From: an uncultured Gammaproteobacteria bacterium
Lineage (GTDB): Bacteria; Patescibacteriota; Patescibacteriia; Buchananbacterales; UBA6539
NCBI GenBank assembly: GCA_964540635.1
Contig: CAZINP010000002.1
Coordinates: 20,963 to 84,962 of the forward strand
Length of the DNA: 64,000 nucleotides
Reading direction: 5' to 3'
Part shown: in pieces, positions 16,673-26,558 of the stretch
Position numbering within the stretch: the first letter of the stretch is position 1
Layout: every line of letters begins with the position of its first letter
Program-made: the position numbers and the translations under genes
Notes under the pieces: model-generated
Told to the model about the DNA's origin: nothing
What the model saw: only the letters and a program-made list of their open reading frames with translations
The model's database searches: none

Positions 16673-17049
16673 GTCCAAGTAAACTAGTAAGCCGAATTCT
16701 GTTTTTTGGTTTGCACCAAAATGATGATCATCTATCTGGGATCAATGTTGCCATTGACCTCAAGCTGCCTACCTAATTTGGCATTGCACCTGGCAGGGGT
16801 TTACCACGCAGACCGTCACCGGTCATTCGCGCGTGAGCTCTTACCTCACGTTTTCAACCTTACCGTTCTCGCAAGCGAGACTTAGGCGGTATGTTTTCTG
16901 TTGCACTTGCCCTAAGCTTGGCAAAAATTCAGAAGTCTTAAGAACTTCTGGCTTTTTGTTACTCTCGGTTCCCGTTAGGAACTGCCTTTTTGTGGTGTTC
17001 GGACTTTCCTCTCCGACGAGTCGGAGCGATCATCTTGTTTACTTGGACA
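16671..17049 (-). ncRNA. rnpB: RNase P RNA, bacterial type A
   Basis: The reverse complement contains P4 strands 'GAGGAAAGTCCGAAC' (5') and 'ACAGAATTCGGCTTAC' (3'). It has a 'GGTAAGAGCTCAC...GTGGTAAACCCC' block (E. coli: GGTAAGAGCGCACC...GGTAAACTCC). P1 pairing is TGTCCAAGTAAAC / GTTTACTTGGACA. Length is ~379 nt. Confidence 0.85.
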
Positions 17050-17161
17050 ATGGGAATAATATCATAAAATGAGTAAAAAGTCAATATTGAGCTTGCTTGA
17101 CTAATGTTTTAAATATTGAAATAATATGTGCTTTTTGTTATGATTAAATCTGAAATTACAT

Positions 17162-18565
17162 ATGAAGAGATCCGAATTAGCCTTAACGGCAGTTAAGCCG
17201 CCACTTGATTATTTTAACTTGATTTTGGCGGCTATTGTTGCATATATTTTACGTTACCAGCCATTTACTCAAAAAATTAGGCCGGTGGTTTTTGATTTAC
17301 CTTTTTCGGATTACATATCAATTGCTTTGCCTATTGCCATTGGTTGGATTGTAATTTTTGTAATTTCCGGCCTTTATTCCGTTGGCGGGTTTAAGTCATT
17401 GCGTGAAGAGTTGGCCAGAGTTTTTGTTGCCTGTTCGGCCGGCTTGGCCTTAGTTTTAGCGGTAATGGTTTTTACTCGTTTTTTATTTGATTCCCGTTTT
17501 ATTATTTTAACTTCCTGGATTCTGGCTTTTATTTTTGTAAGTTTGGGGAGAATAATTCTTCAGATTATAAAAAAACAATCATATAAATTTGGTATTGGTG
17601 TTCATCGCTTGGCCTTAATTGGCGATAGTAAAATTGCTCAATTGCTAAATGACGAATTTACCAGTCGACCGACCTTGGGTTATCGAGTAGTTTATCAGGC
17701 CGAAGAGTTTAGCGATACGGTTCAAAGCGAACTTTTTGAATTGAAGAAAAATGATGGCATTGATGAGTTGATCCAAATTAGACCAAATATGTGCGGCCAG
17801 AGAACCATTGATTTAATCAATTTTGCCGAGGAAAATCACTTTGACTTTAAGTATACTGCCGATTTATTAGGTGCACATTTGATAAATCTGGAAGTTAGCA
17901 CTTATGCCGGGCTGCCAATAATAGAAGTGAAGCGCACGCCACTTGATGGCTGGGGGAGGATTCACAAAAGAATTTTTGATATTGCCGTTTCCGGTGTCTT
18001 AATTATTTTATTTTCACCAATAATGTTGATCACTGCCTTGGCGGTTAAATTAACTTCGCCCGGTCCGATACTTTTTAAATATAAGCGTATTGGTCAAAAT
18101 GGTAAGGCGTTTACTTATTTTAAATTCAGATCAATGATTGATAAAGCGCATGAGCTGCGTTTTGATGAAAAGTTTGTCAGCCAGCATGATAATTTACGAG
18201 CCGGCAGTCCGATGATGAAATTTGCCAATGATCCCAGGATTACACCAGTCGGACGATTTATCAGGCGTTTTTCGATTGACGAATTAACGGAATTATTTTT
18301 AGTTTTTGGCGGAAAGATGAGTTTGGTTGGCCCCAGGCCGCATGAGGTTGAGGAGGTAGAGAAGTACAAGCATCACCACAAAAAGGTTTTAACCATCAAA
18401 CCCGGTATGTCTGGTTTGGCGCAAATTTCCGGTCGTTCAGATCTTAATTTTGAAGATGAAGTTAAATTAGATATTTATTATATTGAAAATTGGTCGTTGG
18501 GTTTAGACTTACAGATATTATTCAAAACCCCAATGGCGGTTTTAAGAAGGAGAAATGCAGAATGA
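17162..18565 (+). CDS. undecaprenyl-phosphate sugar phosphotransferase (bacterial sugar transferase, WbaP/CpsE-like)
   Basis: N-terminal TM block; C-terminal 'KRIFDIAVSGVLIILFSPIMLITALAVKLTSPGPILFKYKRIGQNGKAFTYFKFRSM' and 'MSLVGPRP'. Confidence 0.8.
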   Translation: MKRSELALTAVKPPLDYFNLILAAIVAYILRYQPFTQKIRPVVFDLPFSDYISIALPIAIGWIVIFVISGLYSVGGFKSLREELARVFVACSAGLALVLAVMVFTRFLFDSRFIILTSWILAFIFVSLGRIILQIIKKQSYKFGIGVHRLALIGDSKIAQLLNDEFTSRPTLGYRVVYQAEEFSDTVQSELFELKKNDGIDELIQIRPNMCGQRTIDLINFAEENHFDFKYTADLLGAHLINLEVSTYAGLPIIEVKRTPLDGWGRIHKRIFDIAVSGVLIILFSPIMLITALAVKLTSPGPILFKYKRIGQNGKAFTYFKFRSMIDKAHELRFDEKFVSQHDNLRAGSPMMKFANDPRITPVGRFIRRFSIDELTELFLVFGGKMSLVGPRPHEVEEVEKYKHHHKKVLTIKPGMSGLAQISGRSDLNFEDEVKLDIYYIENWSLGLDLQILFKTPMAVLRRRNAE

Positions 18566-19680
18566 AATTAGCCTTAGTGCACGATCATTTAATTCAGGAC
18601 GGCGGCGCAGAAAGAGTTTTGGATGTTTTTGCCGGAATGTACCCCGAAGCCTCAATTTATACCTTGCTTTATGATGAAAAAAAGATGGGTCACCTTTTTT
18701 CTAAGGAGAAAGTAAAAACTTCTTTTTTGCAAAATTGGCCCGGGTCGTTAACTCATTATCAGTGGTTTTTGCCGTTCATGCCTACGGCCACAGAAAGCTA
18801 CGATTTAATGGATTATGATGTTGTTTTATCAAGCTGTTCGGCAATGGCCAAGGGTGTAATTTCCAGATCAAATACCTTGCATTTTTGTTATTGTCATACG
18901 CCAACAAGATATTTATGGTCAGATACTCACAGATACCTTGAAGAGTTAAAATATAATCGTTTGATTAAAAAATTTATACCGACGGTTTTGACAAACTTGA
19001 GAACCTGGGATCAAATCGCGGCAAATCGCGTTGATTATTTTATTGCCAATTCAAAAAATGTGGCTGATCGCATTAAAAAATATTATCGTCGAGACAGCAT
19101 TATTATTCATCCTCCAGTTGAGACGGATAAATTTTTTATTTCAGATAAAATTGGGAACTATTTTTTGACCGGCGGCAGATTGGTGGCCTATAAAAGATTT
19201 GATATCGCAATTAAAGCTTTCAATCGTCTTGGAATCCCTTTGAAAATTTTTGGCACCGGGCCGGAAGAAGAAAATTTGAAAAAAATGGCAAAAGGCAATA
19301 TCGAATTTTTAGGTAAGATTGATTTTGAGGAATTGAAACTTCAATATTCAAAGGCGATTGCTTTCGTGCATCCGCAAATTGAAGATTTTGGAATTACGGC
19401 AGTAGAATCAATGGCTTCCGGTCGGCCCACCATTGCCTTTGCAGCCGGTGGCGCGTGCGAAACCGTGGTTGAAGGAAAAACCGGAACATTTTTTGAAGAT
19501 CAAACGTGGGAATCATTGGCTGACACAGTGGCCAGATTTAAGCCGGATGAATTTAATCCTCAGCAAATCAAAGATTATGCCCAGCAGTTTGGAGTAGAGA
19601 GATTCAAGTCAGAAATTAATACCCTGATTCAAACTGAATGGGAAAAATTAAAAAATTCACAAATTAAATGCGGCTTTTAG
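18562..19680 (+). CDS. glycosyltransferase family 4
   Basis: 'VHDHLIQDGGAERV'; C-terminal 'EDFGITAVESMASGRPTIA' (GT4 E-x7-E region). Start set at ATG 18562 (ATGA overlap with the upstream stop). Confidence 0.75.
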   Translation: MKLALVHDHLIQDGGAERVLDVFAGMYPEASIYTLLYDEKKMGHLFSKEKVKTSFLQNWPGSLTHYQWFLPFMPTATESYDLMDYDVVLSSCSAMAKGVISRSNTLHFCYCHTPTRYLWSDTHRYLEELKYNRLIKKFIPTVLTNLRTWDQIAANRVDYFIANSKNVADRIKKYYRRDSIIIHPPVETDKFFISDKIGNYFLTGGRLVAYKRFDIAIKAFNRLGIPLKIFGTGPEEENLKKMAKGNIEFLGKIDFEELKLQYSKAIAFVHPQIEDFGITAVESMASGRPTIAFAAGGACETVVEGKTGTFFEDQTWESLADTVARFKPDEFNPQQIKDYAQQFGVERFKSEINTLIQTEWEKLKNSQIKCGF

Positions 19681-19684
19681 GGCT

Positions 19685-20809
19685 ATGAGAATTGGTGTTG
19701 ACATTAGATGCCTTCTGGAATCAAAGTATTCCGGCATCAGCGAATATACTTATAATCTTTTAGATAATCTTTTTAAGATTGATCAGGACAATCAATACAT
19801 TTTATTTTACAATGCTTCAAAGAAATCAAAATTACCTGAATTTAATTATTCTAACGTAAAAATTGTTGGTTATAATTTTCCTAATAAATTTTTTAATTTA
19901 TCGCTTAGATTTTTAAAGATTGCTCAAGTTGATAAAATGATTGGCGGAGTTGATGTTTTTTTAATCCCAAATTATTTATTTTTAAATTTATCAAAAGATT
20001 GCAGAAAGGTTTTAATTGTTCACGATTTGTCATTTAAACTTTATCCTGAATTTTTTACCTTAAAGCGAAAACTTTGGCACAAGCTGATCTCTCCCAAAAA
20101 AATGTCACAATCGGTTGATCGAATTGTTGCAATATCAGAAAATACTAAAAATGATTTAATCAAGCACTATGGAATTCCTAAAGATAAAATTGAAGTGGTG
20201 TACCCGGGTATTAGCCAAGCATTTTTTAATAAAATTGATGATGAAGAAAAAATCAGAGTAAAGAATCGATACAATTTGCCTGAAAATTTTGTTTATTACT
20301 TAGGCAACCTTGAACCCAGAAAAAACGTTGAAAGCCTGATTATGGCTTTTGAGCAAATAGAAGATGAAAATCTATCACTTGTTTTAGCCGGAAGCCATGC
20401 TTGGAAATATAAAAAAATAAATCAATTATGGCAAAAATCACCAGCTAAAAAACGAATAAAATTTTTGGGTTATGTTGATTCGGCTGATAAACCAGCTCTA
20501 TATAGTTTGGCCAAAGTTTTTGTTTATCCTTCAATTTATGAGGGTTTTGGGCTGCCACCCGTGGAAGCGATGTCTTGCAATACACCAGTTATTTCAAGCT
20601 CAAATTCTTCTCTGGTTGAGTCGGTGGCTGACGCCGGCATTTTAGTTGACCCTAATAATATAAACGATATTTCCAAGGCGATAAATTTGGTAGTTGAAGA
20701 CGAACAATTGGCCAATAACTTAAGAATTGCCGGTGCCTCTCAGGCACAAAAATTTAAATGGGAATTTACAGCTGAAAAAATTAAAAAGATTTTGGAGGAA
20801 AGGGGATGA
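19685..20809 (+). CDS. glycosyltransferase family 4
   Basis: 'EGFGLPPVEAMSCNTPVISS'. Confidence 0.75.
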   Translation: MRIGVDIRCLLESKYSGISEYTYNLLDNLFKIDQDNQYILFYNASKKSKLPEFNYSNVKIVGYNFPNKFFNLSLRFLKIAQVDKMIGGVDVFLIPNYLFLNLSKDCRKVLIVHDLSFKLYPEFFTLKRKLWHKLISPKKMSQSVDRIVAISENTKNDLIKHYGIPKDKIEVVYPGISQAFFNKIDDEEKIRVKNRYNLPENFVYYLGNLEPRKNVESLIMAFEQIEDENLSLVLAGSHAWKYKKINQLWQKSPAKKRIKFLGYVDSADKPALYSLAKVFVYPSIYEGFGLPPVEAMSCNTPVISSSNSSLVESVADAGILVDPNNINDISKAINLVVEDEQLANNLRIAGASQAQKFKWEFTAEKIKKILEERG

Positions 20810-21921
20810 GGATCGGAATTGACGCGCGAATGTTTGGACCGGAGAGCACGACTGGCATTGGTGCTTATATTAAAAATCTGATTGAAGAACTGTTACTCAT
20901 TGATAATAAAAATGAGTATGTTTTATTTTTAAAAGAACCGGTTTATTCATCATACATTTGCCCGAACGAAAGAGTGAAAAAAGTAAAAGTAGATATACCG
21001 TGGTATTCTTTATCAGAGCAATTAAAGTTTCCCTTTATTTTGTTTAAAGAAAATTTGGATTTGGTACATTTTCCACATTTTAATGCGGCCGTTTTTTATC
21101 CGAAAAAATTTATCGTTACAGTTCACGACATCACGCCGAGATTCTTCCCCGGACCATTGGCTAAAAAAAATATTTTAAGAAGAATCGGCTATAATTTGGT
21201 TTTTAAATTAAGTGTTTTGCGTGCTAAAAAGATTATTACTATTTCAGAGCATACGAAAAATAATTTGATAAATTACTATAAAATTAATCCCAATAAAATT
21301 GAAATTACTTACCTCGGCGTCAATGATTCATTTCAGCCGGTTACTGACAGTCAGCAATTAGTAAATGTTAAAAATAAATATAGAATTTCTAAGCCCTTTA
21401 TTCTTTATCTTGGTGTTTGGCGCGATCATAAAAATTTACCAAATTTAATTCACGCTTTTGAAATTTTAAAAAAGGGTGGGTTGGACGCACAATTGGTTTT
21501 GGGCGGTCAGCCGGATGAACGTTATCCGGAAATAAATTTGACGATAGAAAAATCAGAATTTAAAGAAGACATAGTTTGCCCAGGTTTTGTGGATCAAATT
21601 GATTTGCCTGCCCTCTATACTGCGGCTGAAATTTTTGCCTTACCTTCATTTTGCGAAGGCTTTGGTCTCGTGGCTCTTGAGGCTTTATCTTGCAATACGC
21701 CCGTGGTTGCTTCAAATACAACCAGTTTACCCGAGATTTTAAAAGGAAATGCAAAATATTTTGATCCGCATAATTCAAAGCAAATGGCGGAGGTGATTTT
21801 AAATGTTTTGTCTGATGAGCTGTATCGCAAAAACGTTAGGAATGGCTATCAGGAACTAAGTAAAATATATAAATGGAAAAAAACAGCCGAGGAAACTTTA
21901 AATATTTACACCAAGACTTGA
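20806..21921 (+). CDS. glycosyltransferase family 4
   Basis: 'EGFGLVALEALSCNTPVVAS'; 4-bp overlap with the upstream gene. Confidence 0.75.
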   Translation: MRIGIDARMFGPESTTGIGAYIKNLIEELLLIDNKNEYVLFLKEPVYSSYICPNERVKKVKVDIPWYSLSEQLKFPFILFKENLDLVHFPHFNAAVFYPKKFIVTVHDITPRFFPGPLAKKNILRRIGYNLVFKLSVLRAKKIITISEHTKNNLINYYKINPNKIEITYLGVNDSFQPVTDSQQLVNVKNKYRISKPFILYLGVWRDHKNLPNLIHAFEILKKGGLDAQLVLGGQPDERYPEINLTIEKSEFKEDIVCPGFVDQIDLPALYTAAEIFALPSFCEGFGLVALEALSCNTPVVASNTTSLPEILKGNAKYFDPHNSKQMAEVILNVLSDELYRKNVRNGYQELSKIYKWKKTAEETLNIYTKT

Positions 21922-21965
21922 TTTATGTTATAATTTATTATTATCAATAGATAAAGATAAATATA

Positions 21966-24635
21966 ATGCCAGTCAAAAAACAAAAACAAAAAAAATCTGC
22001 CAAAATCACCAAGAAAAAGATTGTAAAAAAGGCTAAAAGTTTAAAGAATACGGCAAAAAATGCAAAACAGATGAAAGGCTCTAGTGCTAAGGTTGCAAAA
22101 AAGTTAATTAAAGCAAAAAAGACGTCAGTAAAGAAAGTAATTGCCAAAAGAATTAAACATGCAACAAAGTCGAAGGTAAATAAAGTAAAGTCAAGCGATT
22201 TTGTGGGTAAAGTAAATAACTTTAAAAAACAGGATTCATCTGATTCTGTTTTTTTTGCTAAAAAAAGCAAAAAAGCCGAAAATATTTTACAAGAAAAGGT
22301 CGTTAAAACACCCTTACTTTTGGCGCCTGTTAAGGAAAATCATACCGAAGAGTTAATCTTGAGTAAAATCGAGGAACGGGTTGTTCATTTGGAGGATGAG
22401 GTAAGGGAAGAAGATGTGGCTCAACTGGATATTTACCCCGCAAAAATCGAACCAACCTTACAGTATTTGCAAGAGTTAAAAGATGTGAGAATTTTACCGC
22501 AAAAGCATAAAGTGAATTTTTTATCCGGCAACAGTTTTGTTTCCAGATTGCGAGAGCTTGTTAATCCAACGTATAAGCCGGAATTGGTTTTTTCTAATCT
22601 TGATTACGTGCACGAATCAGAAGAAATTGAGGATGTTTTTGCTAAGCCGCAAAAAAATAATTTGTTCCAGTTTAATTATCAAAAAAATTGGCAGCTTAAG
22701 GTTGTCGGATTCTTTTTGGCCGCAATTTTGGTTGTGGCGCCACTGCAAACTTTTTCCTATTATCAAAATTTGGTAAGTACAAAAGACAGAATATTGTACA
22801 TGACTAACGAAGCGATCAATAATTTAAAACTGGGTGAATCGGCGGCAAGAAATTTGGATTTATTCGGTGCAAGCAACCAGTTCGGGCAAGCCAAAGATAA
22901 GTTCGGCCAAGCCCGCCAAGAAGTTGATAATTTAGGCGATTTGACCACGGAAATTTTAAAAATATTGCCCAATGAAAATAGAACAGTTGAATCCGGCGTT
23001 GCTCTTTTGGAGGCAGGGCAATTGATTTCAGAGTCGGGTGAAATTTTGGCAAAAAGCGTTGGAAATGTTTTAGATAATGGTAATTACGATAATTACTATC
23101 AATCTTTGCAGGTTTTTAGGGTTGATTTGTCAATTATAATCCAAAAATATTACCAGGCAAAAGAAAAACTCAAGTCGGTTGATCCGAAAAGTCTTCCAGC
23201 CGAACACCGTGAAAAAATGGCTACTTTGTTAAAATATTTACCGACCGTTGAAAATGGATTAACCGAACTTTATGGCATTACCGATTCAATGCTTTATGCG
23301 CTTGGCGATAAGCAGTGGCAACGCTATCTCTTTATTTTTGTAAACAATAATGAATTGCGAGCCACCGGTGGCTTTCAAGGCTCTTTTGCTTTGGTTGATG
23401 TTGACAGGGGAAAGATTAAAAATATGTCTATCCCGGCTGGTGGAACATATGATATTCAGGGTCAGCTTGTGCCAAGAGTTATTTCCCCAGAACCCCTTCA
23501 TTTAATCAATCCTCGCTGGGAATTTCAAGATTCAAATTGGTGGCCGGATTATCCGACTTCGGCCAAAAAAATCGCCTGGTTCTATACTAACGCCAATAAT
23601 CCTTCAGTTGATGGCGTGATTACCATTTCATCAAATATGATGATTGAATTATTAAAGATTTTTGGACCGATTGAAATGCCCGAATATAATCGCACAATTA
23701 CTGCTGAAAATTTTGAACTTGAAACCCAAAAAATCGTTGAGTTAGAATATGATAAAAAAGTAAATCGACCAAAACAATTTTTAGCAGATTTAGCGCCAAA
23801 ATTAATTGAGAAATTATTCACCGCCGACAAGGAACAGGCCAAAAAATTATTTGAAGCCGCCATTAAAGGCTTAAATGAAAGGCATTTGCTGGTTTATTTT
23901 AATCGGCCTGATTTACAGAAAATTGTTACTGATTTTGGTTGGAGCGGGGAATTGAGGCAAACACAAGGCGACTTTTTGTCTGTTATCCACACAAATATTG
24001 CCGGCGGTAAAACTGATGAAGTTATTGATGATGAAATTAGGCATATCGCTGAGGTTCAGTCTGACGGCTCAATTATTGATACAGTTACAATTATTCGCAA
24101 ACACAATGGTATTCCAAACTCAAATCCTTTTTATGGTGTCCAAAATAATGATTATGTAAGAATCTACGTACCTCTAGGCAGCAGTTTGCTTGAAGCGAGG
24201 GGATTCAAAAGACCGCCTGAAAAGCTTTTTGACAAGCCGTCGTCTGATTTGACTTATGACCAAGATTTGCTTGAAGTTGACACTCAGCAAGAAAAAGATC
24301 CGGTCTCGGGCACTGATATTTATAATGAAAGCGGAAAAACCGTTTTTGGCAATTGGCTAATGCTGCCCGCCGGTTCAATTGGAGAAGTTACCATTAAATA
24401 TAAACTTCCATTCAAACTTGATTCAAGTTCGGCCAATACTTATTTTTACAGTCTTTTGGTGCAAAAACAGTCTGGTACCAAGGACGTAAAAATTATGAGC
24501 AATTTAATTTTAAACGATAATTTTAAAATTGTTGCGAAATTTCCTTCCAATCTTGCGCAAGAAAATAATCAAGTAAATTTCAGTTCAGACTTAAATGTTG
24601 ATCAATTTTATGGTGTTGCATTGGTAAATAAATAA
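21966..24635 (+). CDS. DUF4012-like membrane-anchored surface protein with Lys-rich cytoplasmic N-terminus
   Basis: ~90-aa K-rich N-terminus, then one TM ('VVGFFLAAILVVAPL'), then 'FVNNNELRATGGFQGSFALVDVDRGKI' (the DUF4012 NNxELR.TGGF.GS motif). Confidence 0.55.
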   Translation: MPVKKQKQKKSAKITKKKIVKKAKSLKNTAKNAKQMKGSSAKVAKKLIKAKKTSVKKVIAKRIKHATKSKVNKVKSSDFVGKVNNFKKQDSSDSVFFAKKSKKAENILQEKVVKTPLLLAPVKENHTEELILSKIEERVVHLEDEVREEDVAQLDIYPAKIEPTLQYLQELKDVRILPQKHKVNFLSGNSFVSRLRELVNPTYKPELVFSNLDYVHESEEIEDVFAKPQKNNLFQFNYQKNWQLKVVGFFLAAILVVAPLQTFSYYQNLVSTKDRILYMTNEAINNLKLGESAARNLDLFGASNQFGQAKDKFGQARQEVDNLGDLTTEILKILPNENRTVESGVALLEAGQLISESGEILAKSVGNVLDNGNYDNYYQSLQVFRVDLSIIIQKYYQAKEKLKSVDPKSLPAEHREKMATLLKYLPTVENGLTELYGITDSMLYALGDKQWQRYLFIFVNNNELRATGGFQGSFALVDVDRGKIKNMSIPAGGTYDIQGQLVPRVISPEPLHLINPRWEFQDSNWWPDYPTSAKKIAWFYTNANNPSVDGVITISSNMMIELLKIFGPIEMPEYNRTITAENFELETQKIVELEYDKKVNRPKQFLADLAPKLIEKLFTADKEQAKKLFEAAIKGLNERHLLVYFNRPDLQKIVTDFGWSGELRQTQGDFLSVIHTNIAGGKTDEVIDDEIRHIAEVQSDGSIIDTVTIIRKHNGIPNSNPFYGVQNNDYVRIYVPLGSSLLEARGFKRPPEKLFDKPSSDLTYDQDLLEVDTQQEKDPVSGTDIYNESGKTVFGNWLMLPAGSIGEVTIKYKLPFKLDSSSANTYFYSLLVQKQSGTKDVKIMSNLILNDNFKIVAKFPSNLAQENNQVNFSSDLNVDQFYGVALVNK

Positions 24636-24644
24636 TTTATATAT

Positions 24645-26543
24645 ATGGCAAAAGATAAATTCAGAACAAAAAAGGAAGCTAAATTGATTTCGGAAAACGT
24701 CAAAAAGGGATTGATGTCAATTTATACAAACGGCGACGGGTCAATGCCGGATATTTCTCATTTAGAGGTTCAGCACAGATCAAGATTAAAAGCATTTTTT
24801 ATTGGTATCATCATTGTTTCTTTGGTTTTATCCTCGGTTACGTGGCTTGGCTTTATTTTATTTAATCCAAACAAGACAAATGCAAACAAAAGCATTCAGC
24901 TTCAATTTGACGCACCGCAAGATGTGGCCTCCGGTGACGAGGTTACTTATACTTTGAACTATAAAAATATTGATAAAGTCGGCCTAAAAAATGTTGAAAT
25001 AATGGTAAGATACCCCGATGGTTTTGAGTATATATCAGCCGATCCGGTGCCGGATAATACTTACAATACATCATGGAAAATTGGTGATTTATCAAAGGGT
25101 GATTCAGGAATGATAACCATAAAGGGCAAGTTAATTGGTTCGGTGGGTGAGATTAAGACAATCACAGCAACTGCCTCGTTTAGACCGGAAAATTTTAGTT
25201 CGGATTTTAAAGAGGGTTCTCAGTTTAGCCACCAGATAACATCGTCCATTCTTGAACTTGCCGTTGAAGGGCCCGACAAAGTATTGCCGCAGAAGAAATC
25301 AACTTATAAAATTACTTATAAAAATAATTCAGAGCAGGATTTAAGCAATATAAAAATAATTGCCGTTTATCCTGACAATTTTATTTTTCAAGAATCTGAC
25401 CCTAAAACTTACCAATCAGAAGGCGGTCAAGCTTTAAATAATGAGTGGCGCCTAGAGACTATCCCTAAAAAATCAGAAGGAGTAATTGAGATAACCGGCG
25501 GTTTCGTTACGGATCAGAAACAAAGTCTTGCCAATATGAAATTCCAAATCGGATTTATTGATGATAATTCTGATTTCTCACTCCAACACGAAAAAACATT
25601 CCAAACCGAAGTGATTGATGCAAATTTGAATTTGAATTTAATCATAAACGGATCAACTCAAAATCAACCGATTGTTTTCGGTCAGACATTAACATACTCT
25701 TTGACTTACAAAAATATTGGCCAAAAGGAGCTGGATGATGTTTCTTTTTCGGTCTCAATTGATTCGGATATTGTTGACTGGGAAACGCTTGAAGATAAAA
25801 ATGGCGGCAAAAGAGACGGCAATCAAATAACTTGGAATAAGGATCAAATATCTCAGTTTGATCTTATTAGGCCCTTGGATGAAGGTACGATTGATTTTTC
25901 AATTAAAGTTAAAGAAGGCGCTCGAGTTGATTTAAGTAAGGTTAAATTAATTGTTCTCAGTAAGGCAGTGGCAACAATTAGTAAGATTGGCGATATTGAA
26001 TCTCCGGATGTAAAAATAGAATCACCCGAAATTCAAAATAATGTTAACACGGATATTGATTTAAAAGTTGAGGGCAGATATTTTGATGACGACAATATGG
26101 CGGTTGGCACCGGTCCTTTGCCGCCGGTAGTTGGTCAAGAAACAACATTTAGAATTTATTGGTCGATCTCTAACAGTCTTCATGATGTCTCGGACGTGAT
26201 CGTAAAAGCCGTTTTACCGCAAGGGGTTGATTGGCATGACAAACAGTACATTAAAACCGGCAATTTAAAATATGACCCGTCAAGCCGCGAAGTGACTTGG
26301 ACTATCGGTAGAATTTCGCCAAATAAATCATACGAAGATGTAAATTGCTGGTTTGACCTTTCGGTTGTTCCAACCGAAAGTCAGGTTAAAAAGTTGATTA
26401 TTTTGATTGATCAGGCAACATTAACAGCCACCGACAAGTCAACCGATTCAGAAATTACAAAGACCGCCAAAGCCGTAACTTCAAATTTAGACGATGACGT
26501 GGTTGGCGGCGGTAAAGGGTTGGTGATTGATATTACCGAATAG
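24645..26543 (+). CDS. membrane-anchored surface protein with repeated DUF11/CARDB-like beta-sandwich domains
   Basis: One N-terminal TM; repeats 'YTLNYKNIDKVGLKNVEIMVRYPDGFEY', 'YKITYKNNSEQDLSNIKIIAVYPDNFIF', 'YSLTYKNIGQKELDDVSFSVSI'. Confidence 0.55.
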   Translation: MAKDKFRTKKEAKLISENVKKGLMSIYTNGDGSMPDISHLEVQHRSRLKAFFIGIIIVSLVLSSVTWLGFILFNPNKTNANKSIQLQFDAPQDVASGDEVTYTLNYKNIDKVGLKNVEIMVRYPDGFEYISADPVPDNTYNTSWKIGDLSKGDSGMITIKGKLIGSVGEIKTITATASFRPENFSSDFKEGSQFSHQITSSILELAVEGPDKVLPQKKSTYKITYKNNSEQDLSNIKIIAVYPDNFIFQESDPKTYQSEGGQALNNEWRLETIPKKSEGVIEITGGFVTDQKQSLANMKFQIGFIDDNSDFSLQHEKTFQTEVIDANLNLNLIINGSTQNQPIVFGQTLTYSLTYKNIGQKELDDVSFSVSIDSDIVDWETLEDKNGGKRDGNQITWNKDQISQFDLIRPLDEGTIDFSIKVKEGARVDLSKVKLIVLSKAVATISKIGDIESPDVKIESPEIQNNVNTDIDLKVEGRYFDDDNMAVGTGPLPPVVGQETTFRIYWSISNSLHDVSDVIVKAVLPQGVDWHDKQYIKTGNLKYDPSSREVTWTIGRISPNKSYEDVNCWFDLSVVPTESQVKKLIILIDQATLTATDKSTDSEITKTAKAVTSNLDDDVVGGGKGLVIDITE

Positions 26544-26558
26544 AATTAAAAGTTTGGT

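Noticed and set aside
16833-17072. 79-aa ORF in the ORF track
   Set aside because: It lies inside the minus-strand RNase P RNA.
18490-18561. N-terminal 24-aa extension of the first GT4 gene overlapping the sugar-transferase gene
   Set aside because: The internal ATG at 18562 creates the ATGA stop/start overlap typical of this locus, and the conserved GT4 N-terminus begins there.
21944-22270. 108-aa minus-strand ORF rich in Phe
   Set aside because: It is antisense to the AAA/AAG-rich region encoding the lysine-rich N-terminus of the DUF4012-like protein, so it is a poly-Phe artefact.
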